Below, piece by piece: positions 27,938 through 38,337 of a stretch of 64,000 bases of DNA. Each line of letters begins with the position of its first letter. Position 1 is the first letter of the stretch. A program made the translations under genes and the position numbers. This DNA is from Marinoscillum sp. (GTDB lineage: Bacteria; Bacteroidota; Bacteroidia; Cytophagales; MED-G16), in the NCBI GenBank assembly GCA_038134805.1, contig JAYPVV010000006.1, positions 1,985 to 65,984 on the forward strand, read 5' to 3'. The notes under the pieces were generated by a model, which worked only from the letters and a program-made list of their open reading frames with translations, had not been told where the DNA came from and did no database searches.

Positions 27938-29201
27938 GATTTAATTCTTCAAGTTCATTTAAGATGACTTCTTGATAGAAGGATCTGATGTTTTCATCTT
28001 CAATTTTTTCAGTAATTTCAGAGCTAAAGGCAGAAAGTAATAGAGAGATTGAATCTTTTCTATTTATTCCTCGTGACATAAGATAAAATAATGCCTCCTC
28101 GTCAAGTTGACCAACAGTACAGCCATGAGAACACTTGACATCATCTGCCCATATCTCAAGCTGAGGTTTAGTATTTACTTTAGCGTTATCAGACAGTAAA
28201 ATATTATTATTAGATTGAAATGCATTAGTTTTTTGAGCTTTCTGTCTAACAAAAATTTTTCCATTAAACACAGCATTTGATCCTTCACCAATGACTCCTT
28301 TATAGTGTTCGTTACTAATTGAGTTTTCATTAATATGATCAACTGAGGTGTGGTTGTCTACTAAAGATTTATTTTTCACTGCATAAAAACCAAACATATT
28401 AGTGTAACAGTTTCTGTCCATAAGCTTGATATTTAAATTATTTCTTATAATTTTTCCAGTGAAGCTGTAAGTGTGGAATGTAGATGTTGAATTCTTATTT
28501 TGAACTACGTTAATACTGTTAAAATGAAAATTGGAGTTCATTTTTTGAACAGAGAAGTAATTTAAATTTGAATTTTCATTCAAGAAAATTTCAGTTACTG
28601 AGTTTGAAAAATTTCCTGTAGGGTTTATGTAAATAAAATCTTCAGAGAAAGAAATTTTAGCATTTTTTCTTAGAATAATACATTTTCTAAAGTAAGAGGG
28701 AAGAGCTGAATCAATAATATTTATTATCGAAATTTTTTTATCAATGAAAGCTCCCTCATTAACGGATATAGAAACACATCCTTCATGGCTGATAAGATTT
28801 ATAGAAGAAAATATATCATCATTTGAGTCATCAGTTTGAGTGTAAAAGTTTAAAAAATTTTCTTTTTCTTCGTTTGATAACTTATCATATGATGAAACAT
28901 TTAACCCTTTTGGTAGATTTGAAAGTTTATTAACAAAAGTTCCATTGACAATTACTAACCTTAATGAATCATAGCTGGAAAGGATTTTTTCATAATTCTT
29001 AGGCTCAATTTCTTTTGAAGATTCAGGAGAAAGACTATCATATTTTTTTTGTATCCGTCTAAAAAAAGGTGTGAATTTATATTCCTCTTTATATCTAGAA
29101 AAGACTGAAGATAAAGAGCTATGAATGTTATTTTTAATTTCCTTGAGCTTAGGATCTTTCTCCCTTGAGAGAGACTCAGTAATATTAATAGAATCTAACA
29201 T
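27930..29201 (-). CDS. sufD: Fe-S cluster assembly protein SufD
   Basis: 423 aa. The C-terminal beta-helix region (PQLEIWADDVKCSHGCTVGQLDEEALFYLMSRGI) is SufB/SufD-family. It sits between sufC and sufS. Confidence 0.85.
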   Translation of the reverse strand: MLDSINITESLSREKDPKLKEIKNNIHSSLSSVFSRYKEEYKFTPFFRRIQKKYDSLSPESSKEIEPKNYEKILSSYDSLRLVIVNGTFVNKLSNLPKGLNVSSYDKLSNEEKENFLNFYTQTDDSNDDIFSSINLISHEGCVSISVNEGAFIDKKISIINIIDSALPSYFRKCIILRKNAKISFSEDFIYINPTGNFSNSVTEIFLNENSNLNYFSVQKMNSNFHFNSINVVQNKNSTSTFHTYSFTGKIIRNNLNIKLMDRNCYTNMFGFYAVKNKSLVDNHTSVDHINENSISNEHYKGVIGEGSNAVFNGKIFVRQKAQKTNAFQSNNNILLSDNAKVNTKPQLEIWADDVKCSHGCTVGQLDEEALFYLMSRGINRKDSISLLLSAFSSEITEKIEDENIRSFYQEVILNELEELNHD

Positions 29202-29202
29202 A

Positions 29203-29949
29203 TCAATTTTTGACTTTAATCCAGTCGTATCCTTTTTCTTCTAACTCTAGTGCAAGATTTTTATCTCCCGACTTCACAATTTTTCCTTCTATCAGCACAT
29301 GAACAAAGTCTGGCACTATATAATCTAATAGTCTTTGGTAGTGAGTGACAACGACTGTGGCATTATCTATACTTCTTAGCGCATTGACACCTCTAGAAAC
29401 TATTTTCAGTGCGTCAATATCAAGCCCTGAATCAGTTTCATCGAGAATTGATAGCTTTGGTTCCAACATAGCCATTTGAAAAATTTCATTTCTTTTTTTT
29501 TCACCTCCTGAAAATCCTTCATTTATAGCTCTACTTAATAATTCTTGTTTTATGTTAACGAGTTTCATTTTTTCTTTCATGACTTTTAAGAAAGAAACTG
29601 CATCTAAAGATTTTTCTCCCCTGTACTCTCTGACTTGATTCACTGCAGTTTTGATAAAGTTAGTTGTAGATACTCCTGGTATCTCTACAGGATACTGAAA
29701 GGCAAGAAAAATTCCTTCTCTTGCTCTCTCATCAGGGCTAAGTTCAGAAATTTCTTTTCCAAAATAATTTATCTCTCCTTCAGTAACCTCGTACTCTTCT
29801 CTGCCGGCTATAACAGAAGCTAAAGTGCTTTTTCCAGATCCATTAGGTCCCATTATAGCATGAACTTCCCCAGCATTTACTTTAAGGTTAAGCCCTTTAA
29901 GTATTCCTTTATTTTCTATCGATGCGTGGAGGTTTTTTATTTCTAACAT
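29203..29949 (-). CDS. sufC: Fe-S cluster assembly ATPase SufC
   Basis: 248 aa with Walker [10 protein letters not shown], signature FSGGEKKR and Walker [13 protein letters not shown]. Confidence 0.95.
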   Translation of the reverse strand: MLEIKNLHASIENKGILKGLNLKVNAGEVHAIMGPNGSGKSTLASVIAGREEYEVTEGEINYFGKEISELSPDERAREGIFLAFQYPVEIPGVSTTNFIKTAVNQVREYRGEKSLDAVSFLKVMKEKMKLVNIKQELLSRAINEGFSGGEKKRNEIFQMAMLEPKLSILDETDSGLDIDALKIVSRGVNALRSIDNATVVVTHYQRLLDYIVPDFVHVLIEGKIVKSGDKNLALELEEKGYDWIKVKN

Positions 29950-29964
29950 AATAAATATTTTAAA

Positions 29965-31410
29965 TTATCCAACACTTCCCTCTAAGGTTAGTGATAATAG
30001 CTTTTGAGCCTCAACAGAGAATTCCATAGGAAGTTGCTTTAGCACCTCTTTGGCATATCCATTTACAATTAGAGCAATTGCATTTTCTTCGTCTATTCCT
30101 CTCTGTAAGCAATAAAAAATTTGGTCTTCACCAATTTTAGATGTAGTTGCTTCGTGCTCTACCATTGAAGACTTATTTTCAATGTCAATGTATGGAAATG
30201 TATGAGCACCACAGTTATTCCCTAATAGAAGTGAATCACATTGAGAAAAATTTCTTGAGTTTTTTGCTCTTTTCATCACATTAACCTGTCCTCTGTAACT
30301 ATTTTGAGAGAAACCGGCAGAAATTCCCTTAGAAATGATTTTAGATTTAGTATTCTTTCCAATATGAATCATTTTAGTTCCAGTATCAGCTTGTTGATAA
30401 TTATTTGTGACAGCTACTGAATAGAACTCTCCAACAGAGTAATCACCTTTTAAAATACAGGAAGGGTATTTCCATGTAATTGCAGAGCCAGTTTCTACTT
30501 GTGTCCAACTAATTTTAGAATTATTTCCATTGCAAATTCCTCTTTTAGTAACAAAATTATAAATTCCACCTTTTCCTTCTTTATCTCCAGGGTACCAGTT
30601 TTGAACTGTTGAGTATTTTACTTCTGCATCTTTTTCAGCATGAATCTCTACTACTGCAGCATGTAACTGATTTTCATCTCTCATAGGAGCAGTACAACCT
30701 TCTAAATAACTTACGTATGAGCCCTCATCAGCTATTATTAATGTTCTCTCAAATTGTCCAGTATTTGAAGCATTTATTCGAAAATATGTAGATAGCTCCA
30801 TTGGGCATCTCACTCCTTTAGGTATATAGCAAAAAGAACCATCAGAAAAAACAGCAGAATTTAAACAGGCAAAATAATTGTCTTTAGATGGAACAACTTT
30901 TCCAAGATATTTTTTAACTAGGTTAGGGTGTTCTTTTACTGCATCAGAGAAAGAGCAGAAGATTATTCCAAGCTCACTTAACTTTTCTTTAAATGTTGTC
31001 CCAATTGATACTGAATCAATAACTGCATCAACTGCAACTCCACTTAATCTTTTTTGTTCTTGGAGAGAAATGCCCAGTTTTTCGAATGTCTTGATCAACT
31101 CAGGATCAACTTCATCAATTGAGTTAAGCATTTTTTTCTTTTTTGGCGCTGAGTAGTAAGAAATGTCTTGATAGTCAATCTTAGGAATTTTAAGATTTGA
31201 CCAGTCTGGTTCAGTCATTTTCTTAAAATTCTCGAAAGCATCTAGCCTCCAATTAAGTAGCCAAGATGGTTCTTCTTTTTTTTGAGAGATTAATTTAATC
31301 ACTTCCTCATTTAATCCTCTCGGAGCTTGATCAACCTCAAAATCAACAGACCACCCATGCTCGTATTCTTTTGAAGTAAATTCCTTTAAGATTTTATCGT
31401 CTTTGCTCAT
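29965..31410 (-). CDS. sufB: Fe-S cluster assembly scaffold SufB
   Basis: 481 aa, strongly SufB-like throughout ([40 protein letters not shown]). Confidence 0.95.
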   Translation of the reverse strand: MSKDDKILKEFTSKEYEHGWSVDFEVDQAPRGLNEEVIKLISQKKEEPSWLLNWRLDAFENFKKMTEPDWSNLKIPKIDYQDISYYSAPKKKKMLNSIDEVDPELIKTFEKLGISLQEQKRLSGVAVDAVIDSVSIGTTFKEKLSELGIIFCSFSDAVKEHPNLVKKYLGKVVPSKDNYFACLNSAVFSDGSFCYIPKGVRCPMELSTYFRINASNTGQFERTLIIADEGSYVSYLEGCTAPMRDENQLHAAVVEIHAEKDAEVKYSTVQNWYPGDKEGKGGIYNFVTKRGICNGNNSKISWTQVETGSAITWKYPSCILKGDYSVGEFYSVAVTNNYQQADTGTKMIHIGKNTKSKIISKGISAGFSQNSYRGQVNVMKRAKNSRNFSQCDSLLLGNNCGAHTFPYIDIENKSSMVEHEATTSKIGEDQIFYCLQRGIDEENAIALIVNGYAKEVLKQLPMEFSVEAQKLLSLTLEGSVG

Positions 31411-31476
31411 TAAAAATTTTAAGATGCAAATTTAGCACAGATTTTTCAGTAAAACGAATAAAAATGGTCTAAACGG

Positions 31477-31941
31477 TCAATTTAACGTTAAACCTTCTTT
31501 CAAAGTTTCTTCAATAGACATGAAAGATTCTGTTCTCGTTATTCCTCTTACCTTATGAATTTTAGTATCAAGAATTTGTCTTAGATGAGGAGTGTCCTTG
31601 CAGAGAATTTTAATGAAAATAGTGTACTGGCCAGTAATAGCATGAATCTCTACTACCTCTGGTACATTTTTTAGAGCTTTCACAGCTTCTCTATATAAGA
31701 AGCTTTTTTCAAGATATATTCCCATATAACAGGTTATATTATATCCTAATTTAGTATAATCAATGTCGAGTTTAGATCCTCGAACAATACCCATCTTCTC
31801 AAGCTTTCTCATTCTCACATGAACCGTTCCTCCAGATACGAATACTTTTTTTGCTACTTCCGAGTAAGGCATTTTAGCATTTTTAGATAATAAATCTAAT
31901 ATTTTAATGTCAATGTTATCTATTTGATAATTTGTTTTCAT
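31477..31941 (-). CDS. Lrp/AsnC-family transcriptional regulator
   Basis: 154 aa with an N-terminal HTH (DIKILDLLSKNAKMPYSEVAKKVFVSGGTVHVRMRKLE) and a C-terminal RAM/AsnC ligand domain. Confidence 0.9.
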   Translation of the reverse strand: MKTNYQIDNIDIKILDLLSKNAKMPYSEVAKKVFVSGGTVHVRMRKLEKMGIVRGSKLDIDYTKLGYNITCYMGIYLEKSFLYREAVKALKNVPEVVEIHAITGQYTIFIKILCKDTPHLRQILDTKIHKVRGITRTESFMSIEETLKEGLTLN

Positions 31942-31947
31942 TTTTAA

Positions 31948-32001
31948 ATCAATATTTTATAAAAATTTCAATAATGATCAATATTTTATTAAAAATTTCA
32001 A
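31948..32001. repeat. imperfect 24/25-bp direct repeat in the lrp upstream region (possible Lrp-type sites)
   Basis: ATCAATATTTTATAAAAATTTCAA (31948-31971) and ATCAATATTTTATTAAAAATTTCAA (31977-32001), 29-bp period. Each contains an ATTTT-N3/4-AAAAT dyad. The first begins 7 bp upstream of the lrp start. Confidence 0.35.
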
Positions 32002-32100
32002 AATTTTTAATAAAATATTTTAAAAAATAATAGAAATAACAGGATAATTAAAGTTTATTTATATATTCACGTAATCATTTTTGGGTTAATGTTGTTTACT

Positions 32101-32137
32101 GGGGATATCTTTTGTAGGTGTCCCCTTTCTTTTTTTA
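32101..32137 (+). terminator. orphan intrinsic-terminator-like hairpin in the fadD 5' region (leader attenuator or small-RNA 3' end?)
   Basis: GGGGAUAUC (32101-32109) pairs with GGUGUCCCC (32117-32125), giving 9 bp including 2 G-U pairs, a 7-nt loop, then TTTCTTTTTTT (32126-32136). There is no plus-strand gene upstream. Confidence 0.45.
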
Positions 32138-32190
32138 TAAAATAATTTCTATTTTAGGTTGAGTTTCTAACTAACTGCTCAAAATTTATA

Positions 32191-33873
32191 ATGGAAAAAA
32201 TCTGGAAAAAAAGTTATCCTTCGGGGGTAGTAAGTGATGTTGATTTTAATAAGTATTCTTCTTTTGTTGATTTATTTAATGAAGGATTTGACAAATATTC
32301 GAATGAAATTGCTTTTGAGAATATGGGTAAATCTATTTCATACAGTGAGTTAGACTATTTATCTAAAAATTTTTCAAATTTTCTTACAGAAGTATTAAAA
32401 TTAAAGAAAGGTGATAGACTAGCTATTCAGTCTCCTAACGTCCTTCAATATCCAATAGCTCTATTCGGTGCAATTCGTTCAGGAATAATAGTTGTGAACA
32501 CGAATCCTCTCTATACCCCAGATGAAATGAGACATCAGTTTAAAGATTCTGGATGTAAGGCTATTCTCATCTTATCAAATTTTGCTCATAATCTTGAAAA
32601 AATTATTGAAGATACTCATATTGAACATGTAATTGTTTCTAACATGGGAGATATGCTTGGAGCTTTCAAAGGAGCAATTGTAAATTTCGTTGTTAAAAAT
32701 ATTAAGAAGATGGTTCCAAAATATTCTCTTTCTTCTCACTATACTTTCAAAGATGCTCTACAAAAAGGGAGTCAGTATAACTATAATCAAGTTCAAATAA
32801 AGTCTGAAGATATTGCATTTCTTCAGTATACTGGTGGAACAACAGGTGTTTCAAAAGGAGCAATGTTATCTCATAGAAATGTAGTTTCTAATGTTATTCA
32901 AGTATCATCTTGGATGGATATAATGCTTAAGGAAAAGAAAGAGATTGTAATCACTGCTCTTCCTCTCTACCACATCTTTGCTTTGGTTTGTAACGCTCTT
33001 GTGATGTTTAAATATGGTGCTAGAAATATATTGATTACCAACCCAAGAGATATGGATGGCTTTATAAAAGAACTTTCTAAACATAAGTTTTCCATTATAA
33101 CAGGTGTAAATACTTTATTTAATGGATTACTCAATAATAAAAAATTTAGTCAACTTAATTTTGAAAATTTAAAAGTTGCTTTTGGAGGAGGCATGGCTGT
33201 CCAGGATAGTGTAGCAAATACATGGAAGGAAGTTACAGGTTGTCCTTTAGTTGAAGGGTATGGGTTAACAGAAACATCTCCTGTTGTAACTATCAACCCT
33301 TTGGATGGTACCAATAAAATTGGAACAATAGGTCTCCCTATTCCAAAGACTGACGTTAAATTTATTAGTGATGATGGATCAGAGGTCAAAGCTGGAGAAA
33401 GGGGAGAAATTTGTGTTTATGGTCCACAAGTTATGGAGGGTTATTGGAAAAGAGAGAAAGACACTAAAGAAATCATAAAGAAAGGATGGCTGCATACTGG
33501 AGATGTAGGAGTAATTGATGATGAAGGATTCATTAAAATTGTAGATAGAAAGAAAGAGATGGTTCTTGTTTCTGGATTTAATGTATTTCCTAATGAGGTT
33601 GAGCATGTAATTTCATCACATCCTAAAGTATTAGAGGTTGGTGTTATAGGTGTTCCTGATAAAAAAACAACAGAAGCAGTAAAAGCTGTAATAGTAAAAA
33701 AAGACTCATCTTTGACTGCTGATGAGATTAAGACTTACTGTAAAGAAAAACTTGCAAATTATAAGTGTCCTAAACATATTGGTTTTACAAGTGAGCTTCC
33801 TAAATCAAATGTTGGTAAAATTTTAAGACGAATAATTAAAGAAAATGATTTAAAAGTTAATTCATATGATTAG
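32191..33873 (+). CDS. fadD: long-chain fatty acid--CoA ligase (AMP-forming)
   Basis: 560 aa with the AMP-binding motif LQYTGGTTGVSKGAML, plus GYGLTETSP, WLHTGDVG and the C-terminal GKILRR. Confidence 0.9.
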   Translation: MEKIWKKSYPSGVVSDVDFNKYSSFVDLFNEGFDKYSNEIAFENMGKSISYSELDYLSKNFSNFLTEVLKLKKGDRLAIQSPNVLQYPIALFGAIRSGIIVVNTNPLYTPDEMRHQFKDSGCKAILILSNFAHNLEKIIEDTHIEHVIVSNMGDMLGAFKGAIVNFVVKNIKKMVPKYSLSSHYTFKDALQKGSQYNYNQVQIKSEDIAFLQYTGGTTGVSKGAMLSHRNVVSNVIQVSSWMDIMLKEKKEIVITALPLYHIFALVCNALVMFKYGARNILITNPRDMDGFIKELSKHKFSIITGVNTLFNGLLNNKKFSQLNFENLKVAFGGGMAVQDSVANTWKEVTGCPLVEGYGLTETSPVVTINPLDGTNKIGTIGLPIPKTDVKFISDDGSEVKAGERGEICVYGPQVMEGYWKREKDTKEIIKKGWLHTGDVGVIDDEGFIKIVDRKKEMVLVSGFNVFPNEVEHVISSHPKVLEVGVIGVPDKKTTEAVKAVIVKKDSSLTADEIKTYCKEKLANYKCPKHIGFTSELPKSNVGKILRRIIKENDLKVNSYD

Positions 33874-33891
33874 CTATTTAGATTGATTATA

Positions 33892-33918
33892 AATTAAAAC
33901 ATCTTTTAATTATTTTTT
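33892..33918 (+). terminator. weak AT-only hairpin + T-run after fadD
   Basis: AATTAAAA (33892-33899), loop CATC, TTTTAATT (33904-33911), followed by ATTTTTT. The stem has no G-C pairs, so it is only tentative. Confidence 0.3.
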
Positions 33919-33946
33919 GAAGTTAATTTTTCGGATGTTACATTTG
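33916..33946 (+). promoter_or_regulatory. Bacteroidetes-type sigma-A promoter for the ACIII/cox array
   Basis: TTTG at 33916-33919, a 19-nt spacer, then TACATTTG at 33939-33946. This is an exact match to the published Bacteroides/Flavobacterium consensus TTG-N19-TAnnTTTG, 27 bp before the actA ATG. Confidence 0.5.
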
Positions 33947-33972
33947 TCTCAATTTTAAAATAAGTTGCTTTA

Positions 33973-35235
33973 ATGCATTCAAAATTTTATAAAAGTTTTG
34001 TTTACTTTTCTCGATTTTTAATCTCAAAAATTGTTATTTTCTGTTTATTATTTTTCTCTACTAGTTCACTTTTCTCTCAAGATTCTCCATCAGAATACGA
34101 TCAATCAGTTGTGAAAAATGGCGAAAATTTGTTTAAAGGAAATTGTACTGTTTGTCATGCTATAAATGAAGTTGTTATTGGCCCTGCTCTAAGAGATGTT
34201 CATGAGAGAAGATCAGATGAATGGATTTATGCTTTTATTAAAAATTCTCAAAGAGTTATTAAAAGTGGAGATGAATATGCTGTAAATCTCTATAACGAGT
34301 ATAATAAAACTCTGATGACTTCATTTGATTTTTCTGATGAAGAATTAAATTCAATTTTAACCTATATAAAAAATGAATCCTCAAAAGAAGTTCAAGTTAT
34401 AGCAGAAGTTTCAGGAGATAAGGAATTAGACAGTGGAGAGTCAAATGTTTCTTCTGATAATTTTTATTTTTCATTAGGGCTCAATATTTTATTGCTTCTT
34501 GTCATAATATTTGTCCTGTTTAGATTCACCAATTTATCTAAAAAATATGTTCTATTAAAAGAAGGAAATATATTAGATGAGGATGATAAGGATATTGTTG
34601 AGTCTAAATTTAATTTAAAAGAATTTTTCAGAAGTAATAGATTTGTTGGTATTACCTCATTTTTATTCATTGGTATTTTTGTAAAATCATGCATTGATGG
34701 ATTATATACAGTTGGAGTTCAACAAAATTATCAACCAACTCAACCAATTGCATTCTCTCATAAAATCCATGCTGGGCAATATGAAATAGACTGTAATTAT
34801 TGTCATACTGGAGTAAATATTTCTAAGTCTGCTAATATTCCATCTGTAAATATTTGTATGAATTGCCATAATGCAATAAATACTGATAAGCCTGAGATTC
34901 AGAAAATATTAACCGCTTATGAGGAAAATAAACCTATAGAATGGATCAGAGTACATAACCTACCAGATTTAGCGTACTTTAACCACGCACAGCATGTAGC
35001 TGTTGGTGGATTAGAATGTACAACTTGTCACGGTCCTATTGAAGAGATGGATGTAGTTTATCAATATTCAGAGCTAACTATGGGATGGTGTATTAATTGT
35101 CATAGAGAGACTGAGGTAAGCTCTAAAGGAAATGATTACTACAATAAATTAGTGGAACTGCATAAAAGTTCATCTAAAAAGCCAATGAAAGTCGAAGATA
35201 TTGGAGGATTAGAATGTTCAAAATGTCATTATTAA
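33973..35235 (+). CDS. actA: alternative complex III multihaem cytochrome c subunit ActA with extra N-terminal monohaem domain
   Basis: 420 aa with six CxxCH motifs: CTVCH in an N-terminal class-I-like domain, then CNYCH, CMNCH, CTTCH, CINCH and CSKCH. Has a central TM segment and is the first gene of the act array. Confidence 0.85.
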   Translation: MHSKFYKSFVYFSRFLISKIVIFCLLFFSTSSLFSQDSPSEYDQSVVKNGENLFKGNCTVCHAINEVVIGPALRDVHERRSDEWIYAFIKNSQRVIKSGDEYAVNLYNEYNKTLMTSFDFSDEELNSILTYIKNESSKEVQVIAEVSGDKELDSGESNVSSDNFYFSLGLNILLLLVIIFVLFRFTNLSKKYVLLKEGNILDEDDKDIVESKFNLKEFFRSNRFVGITSFLFIGIFVKSCIDGLYTVGVQQNYQPTQPIAFSHKIHAGQYEIDCNYCHTGVNISKSANIPSVNICMNCHNAINTDKPEIQKILTAYEENKPIEWIRVHNLPDLAYFNHAQHVAVGGLECTTCHGPIEEMDVVYQYSELTMGWCINCHRETEVSSKGNDYYNKLVELHKSSSKKPMKVEDIGGLECSKCHY

Positions 35236-35238
35236 GGT

Positions 35239-38200
35239 ATGAGTATAGAAAAGAAAACATATTGGAAAGGAATTGAGCAATTAAAAAATGACTTGAATTT
35301 TGTTAAAAATTCTCAGAATGAGTTTCCTGAATTTTTGCCAATTAGTGGGTCCTCTGATAATTCAAGAAGAGATTTTCTAAAAATGATGGGTTTTGGGATT
35401 GCAGCTGCTTCTTTAGCAGCATGTGATGCACCTGTTAAGAAAGCTATTCCATACGTAAATAAACCTGTCGATATTGATCCATCTATACCAAATTATTACG
35501 CATCTTCTTATACTTTGGGAAGTGATTATAGTAGTATAGTTGTTAAAACTAGAGAGGGTAGACCTATAAAAATTGATGGAAATAATTACTCAAAAGTTAG
35601 TGGAGGTGGAACAACTCCTAGAGTTGAGTCATCAGTTCTTACACTATATGATAAGCAGAGATTAAAGGGCCCAATGCTAAATAATAAAGAAGCAAACTGG
35701 TCTGAAATTGATAATTTTGTTTCAGAGAATCTTCAAAATTCTAAAAAAACATACATAATAAGTAACTCTATCTCTAGTCCCTCAACCAGAGGCGTAATAA
35801 ATGATTTTCTAAATAAATACAATGGTAAGCATGTTGAATATGACTCTCTATCTTATGATGGAATGCTAAATGCAAACCAAGAACATTTTGATTTAAGAAA
35901 ACTTCCTTCATATGATTTTTCTAAAGCAAAAACTATAGTAAGTTTTGGATATGATTTTTTAGGAGCTTCATTTAATAGCTCTTTATTTAACAAACAGTTT
36001 GCTCAAACTAGAAAAGTAAATGCAGATAACAGAAAAATGTCTAGGCTTTATTGTTTTGAGTCTAATCTTTCTTTGACAGGTGCGAATGCCGATCACAGAA
36101 TTCCTATAAAATCTTCTCATTTTCCTATTTATATTCTAGAATTATATAATATCCTTTCAAAAAAAATAAATAATAATTCTTTTGATTCTTCAGAATGGAT
36201 GAGTAATTCATCTGTTAAACAAGTTAAAACAGACATTCTTATTTCTATTGCTGATGAACTAATTGAAAATAAAGGTGCATCAATTTTAATATCTAATTCT
36301 AATGATAGACATGTTCAATCTTTAGTAAATATGATAAATATGATGCTAGATAATTATGGAAATACTATTGATATAAATAATTTCTATAATATTAGAAATG
36401 GTTCAGACTCTGAGATGATGGATTTTGTTAAAGATGTTAATAATAATAAGGTTGGCGCAGTAATTTTCTTGAATTGTAATCCGATTTATGATCATTATCT
36501 CACTTCACAATTGAAAGATAGTTTGTCTAAAATTCCGTTAAGAGTATCTACTTCAGATAGGATTGATGAAACTTCAATTTTGTGTAATGTTATTGCTCCA
36601 GACTCACATTTTTTAGAGTCCTGGAATGATTTTGAGCCAGTAAATAATTCTTATAGTTTTAGTCAACCAACTATAAAAAATATTTTTGATACAAGACAAG
36701 CTCAGGATTCATTTTTAAAATGGTCTGATTCGAAAAACAATTATTTTGATTTATTAAAAACTAATTGGAGAGAAAAACAAAAAACAACTAGTTCTTCTGA
36801 ACCTTTCCAAATGTTTTGGGATCGATTAATTAGAGATGGAGTAGGAGAATTTGTATCACCTAATAAAAAAATATTTCCTAAACTAAATACTCAAAATACT
36901 TTGAATAGTATCAAAGAAGTTATTAAATCAATTAAATCAATAGATGGTTTTGAGGTCAATATTTATCAAAACTCAAGTGTTGGAGATGGAGTTCAAGCAA
37001 ATAATCCATGGTTGCACGAAATGCCAGATCCTATCTCTAAAGTTTGCTGGGATAACTATATTTCTATGAACCCAAAGGATGCTAAAAAATTCGATATAAA
37101 GAATGATCCTGATACAATGTCTGCTAGCCTTGTGAATCTTATTTCAGAAAATGGTTCTCTTGAAATTCCAGTTATAGTTCAACCAGGTCAAGCTGAAGGT
37201 ACTCTCGGACTAGCTATGGGATATGGAAGGAAGCTATGCGGGCCTGTTGGAGATAATGTAGGAGTAAATGCTTTTGAACTTTTAGAAAAAAATATAAAAT
37301 CGCAAAACTTAACAGTATCAGGTGTGAAAATAAATAGCACTGAGAAAAAATATAAAGTTGCTCAAACGCAAACCCATGAGACAATAATGGCTAGAGAAAG
37401 CGTAATACAGGAAACAACTTTAGATGCTTATCAAAAAGATCCTTACTCTGGGAAATATCAATTTAAAGTTGCAACAAGTGAAGGATATAAAAAACCTGAG
37501 GATGTGACTCTTTGGGATGGCCATGAATATCCTAATCATCATTGGGTTATGAGTATTGACTTAAATGCATGTACAGGTTGTGGGGCATGTACTGTTGCAT
37601 GTCAAGTTGAAAATAATATTCCAGTAGTTGGTAAAGAAGAAGTCCTTAACAGAAGAGAAATGTCTTGGATTAGGATTGATAGATATTATTCTAGTGATGC
37701 TGATGTCCATGATTTAGAAGGTCTTGAAAATGCAGCTGAAAATCCTGATGTCACATTCCAACCAATGATGTGCCAACATTGTAATAATGCCCCTTGTGAG
37801 ACGGTATGCCCTGTTGCTGCTACAACTCATAGTACTGAGGGGTTAAATCAGATGACTTACAACAGATGCATCGGAACTCGATATTGCGCAAATAACTGCC
37901 CTTATAAAGTAAGAAGATTTAATTGGTTTAAGTATCATGATAATTCTCAATTTGATGAGAATATTTCTATGAATAATGATTTGGGAAAGATGGTTTTAAA
38001 TCCTGATGTTACTGTCAGATCAAGAGGTGTTATGGAAAAATGCTCTTTCTGTGTTCAAAGACTTCAAGAAGGAAAATTGAAAGCTAAAAAAGAGAAAAGA
38101 AGTCTTGTAGACAATGACATTTCAGTTGCTTGTGGTACTGCATGTCCAACCGATGCAATTACTTTTGGTGATGTAAAGAATATTAATAGTAAAATAAGTA

Positions 38201-38337
38201 ATACTCTAAAAATTAAAAATATTAATAAGACTACTTTAAAGCTTGAAGAAGAAAGAGCATATGCAGTTCTTGATGAGCTTAGAGTTAGTCCTAATGTTTG
38301 GTACTTGAGAAAAGTGAGAAATAAAAAGAATGTATAA
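35239..38337 (+). CDS. actB: alternative complex III subunit ActB (molybdopterin-oxidoreductase-like + Fe-S domains)
   Basis: 1032 aa with a Tat leader ([17 protein letters not shown]). The C-terminal ferredoxin-like clusters are [25 protein letters not shown] and [12 protein letters not shown]. Confidence 0.9.
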   Translation: MSIEKKTYWKGIEQLKNDLNFVKNSQNEFPEFLPISGSSDNSRRDFLKMMGFGIAAASLAACDAPVKKAIPYVNKPVDIDPSIPNYYASSYTLGSDYSSIVVKTREGRPIKIDGNNYSKVSGGGTTPRVESSVLTLYDKQRLKGPMLNNKEANWSEIDNFVSENLQNSKKTYIISNSISSPSTRGVINDFLNKYNGKHVEYDSLSYDGMLNANQEHFDLRKLPSYDFSKAKTIVSFGYDFLGASFNSSLFNKQFAQTRKVNADNRKMSRLYCFESNLSLTGANADHRIPIKSSHFPIYILELYNILSKKINNNSFDSSEWMSNSSVKQVKTDILISIADELIENKGASILISNSNDRHVQSLVNMINMMLDNYGNTIDINNFYNIRNGSDSEMMDFVKDVNNNKVGAVIFLNCNPIYDHYLTSQLKDSLSKIPLRVSTSDRIDETSILCNVIAPDSHFLESWNDFEPVNNSYSFSQPTIKNIFDTRQAQDSFLKWSDSKNNYFDLLKTNWREKQKTTSSSEPFQMFWDRLIRDGVGEFVSPNKKIFPKLNTQNTLNSIKEVIKSIKSIDGFEVNIYQNSSVGDGVQANNPWLHEMPDPISKVCWDNYISMNPKDAKKFDIKNDPDTMSASLVNLISENGSLEIPVIVQPGQAEGTLGLAMGYGRKLCGPVGDNVGVNAFELLEKNIKSQNLTVSGVKINSTEKKYKVAQTQTHETIMARESVIQETTLDAYQKDPYSGKYQFKVATSEGYKKPEDVTLWDGHEYPNHHWVMSIDLNACTGCGACTVACQVENNIPVVGKEEVLNRREMSWIRIDRYYSSDADVHDLEGLENAAENPDVTFQPMMCQHCNNAPCETVCPVAATTHSTEGLNQMTYNRCIGTRYCANNCPYKVRRFNWFKYHDNSQFDENISMNNDLGKMVLNPDVTVRSRGVMEKCSFCVQRLQEGKLKAKKEKRSLVDNDISVACGTACPTDAITFGDVKNINSKISNTLKIKNINKTTLKLEEERAYAVLDELRVSPNVWYLRKVRNKKNV

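Noticed and set aside
31425-31437. Imperfect dyad TGCAAATTTAGCA just upstream of sufB; possible Fe-S regulator site.
   Set aside because: One arm position mismatches, the site lies only about 15 bp from the start codon, and no IscR/SufR-type regulator gene or second site is visible. It cannot be distinguished from chance.
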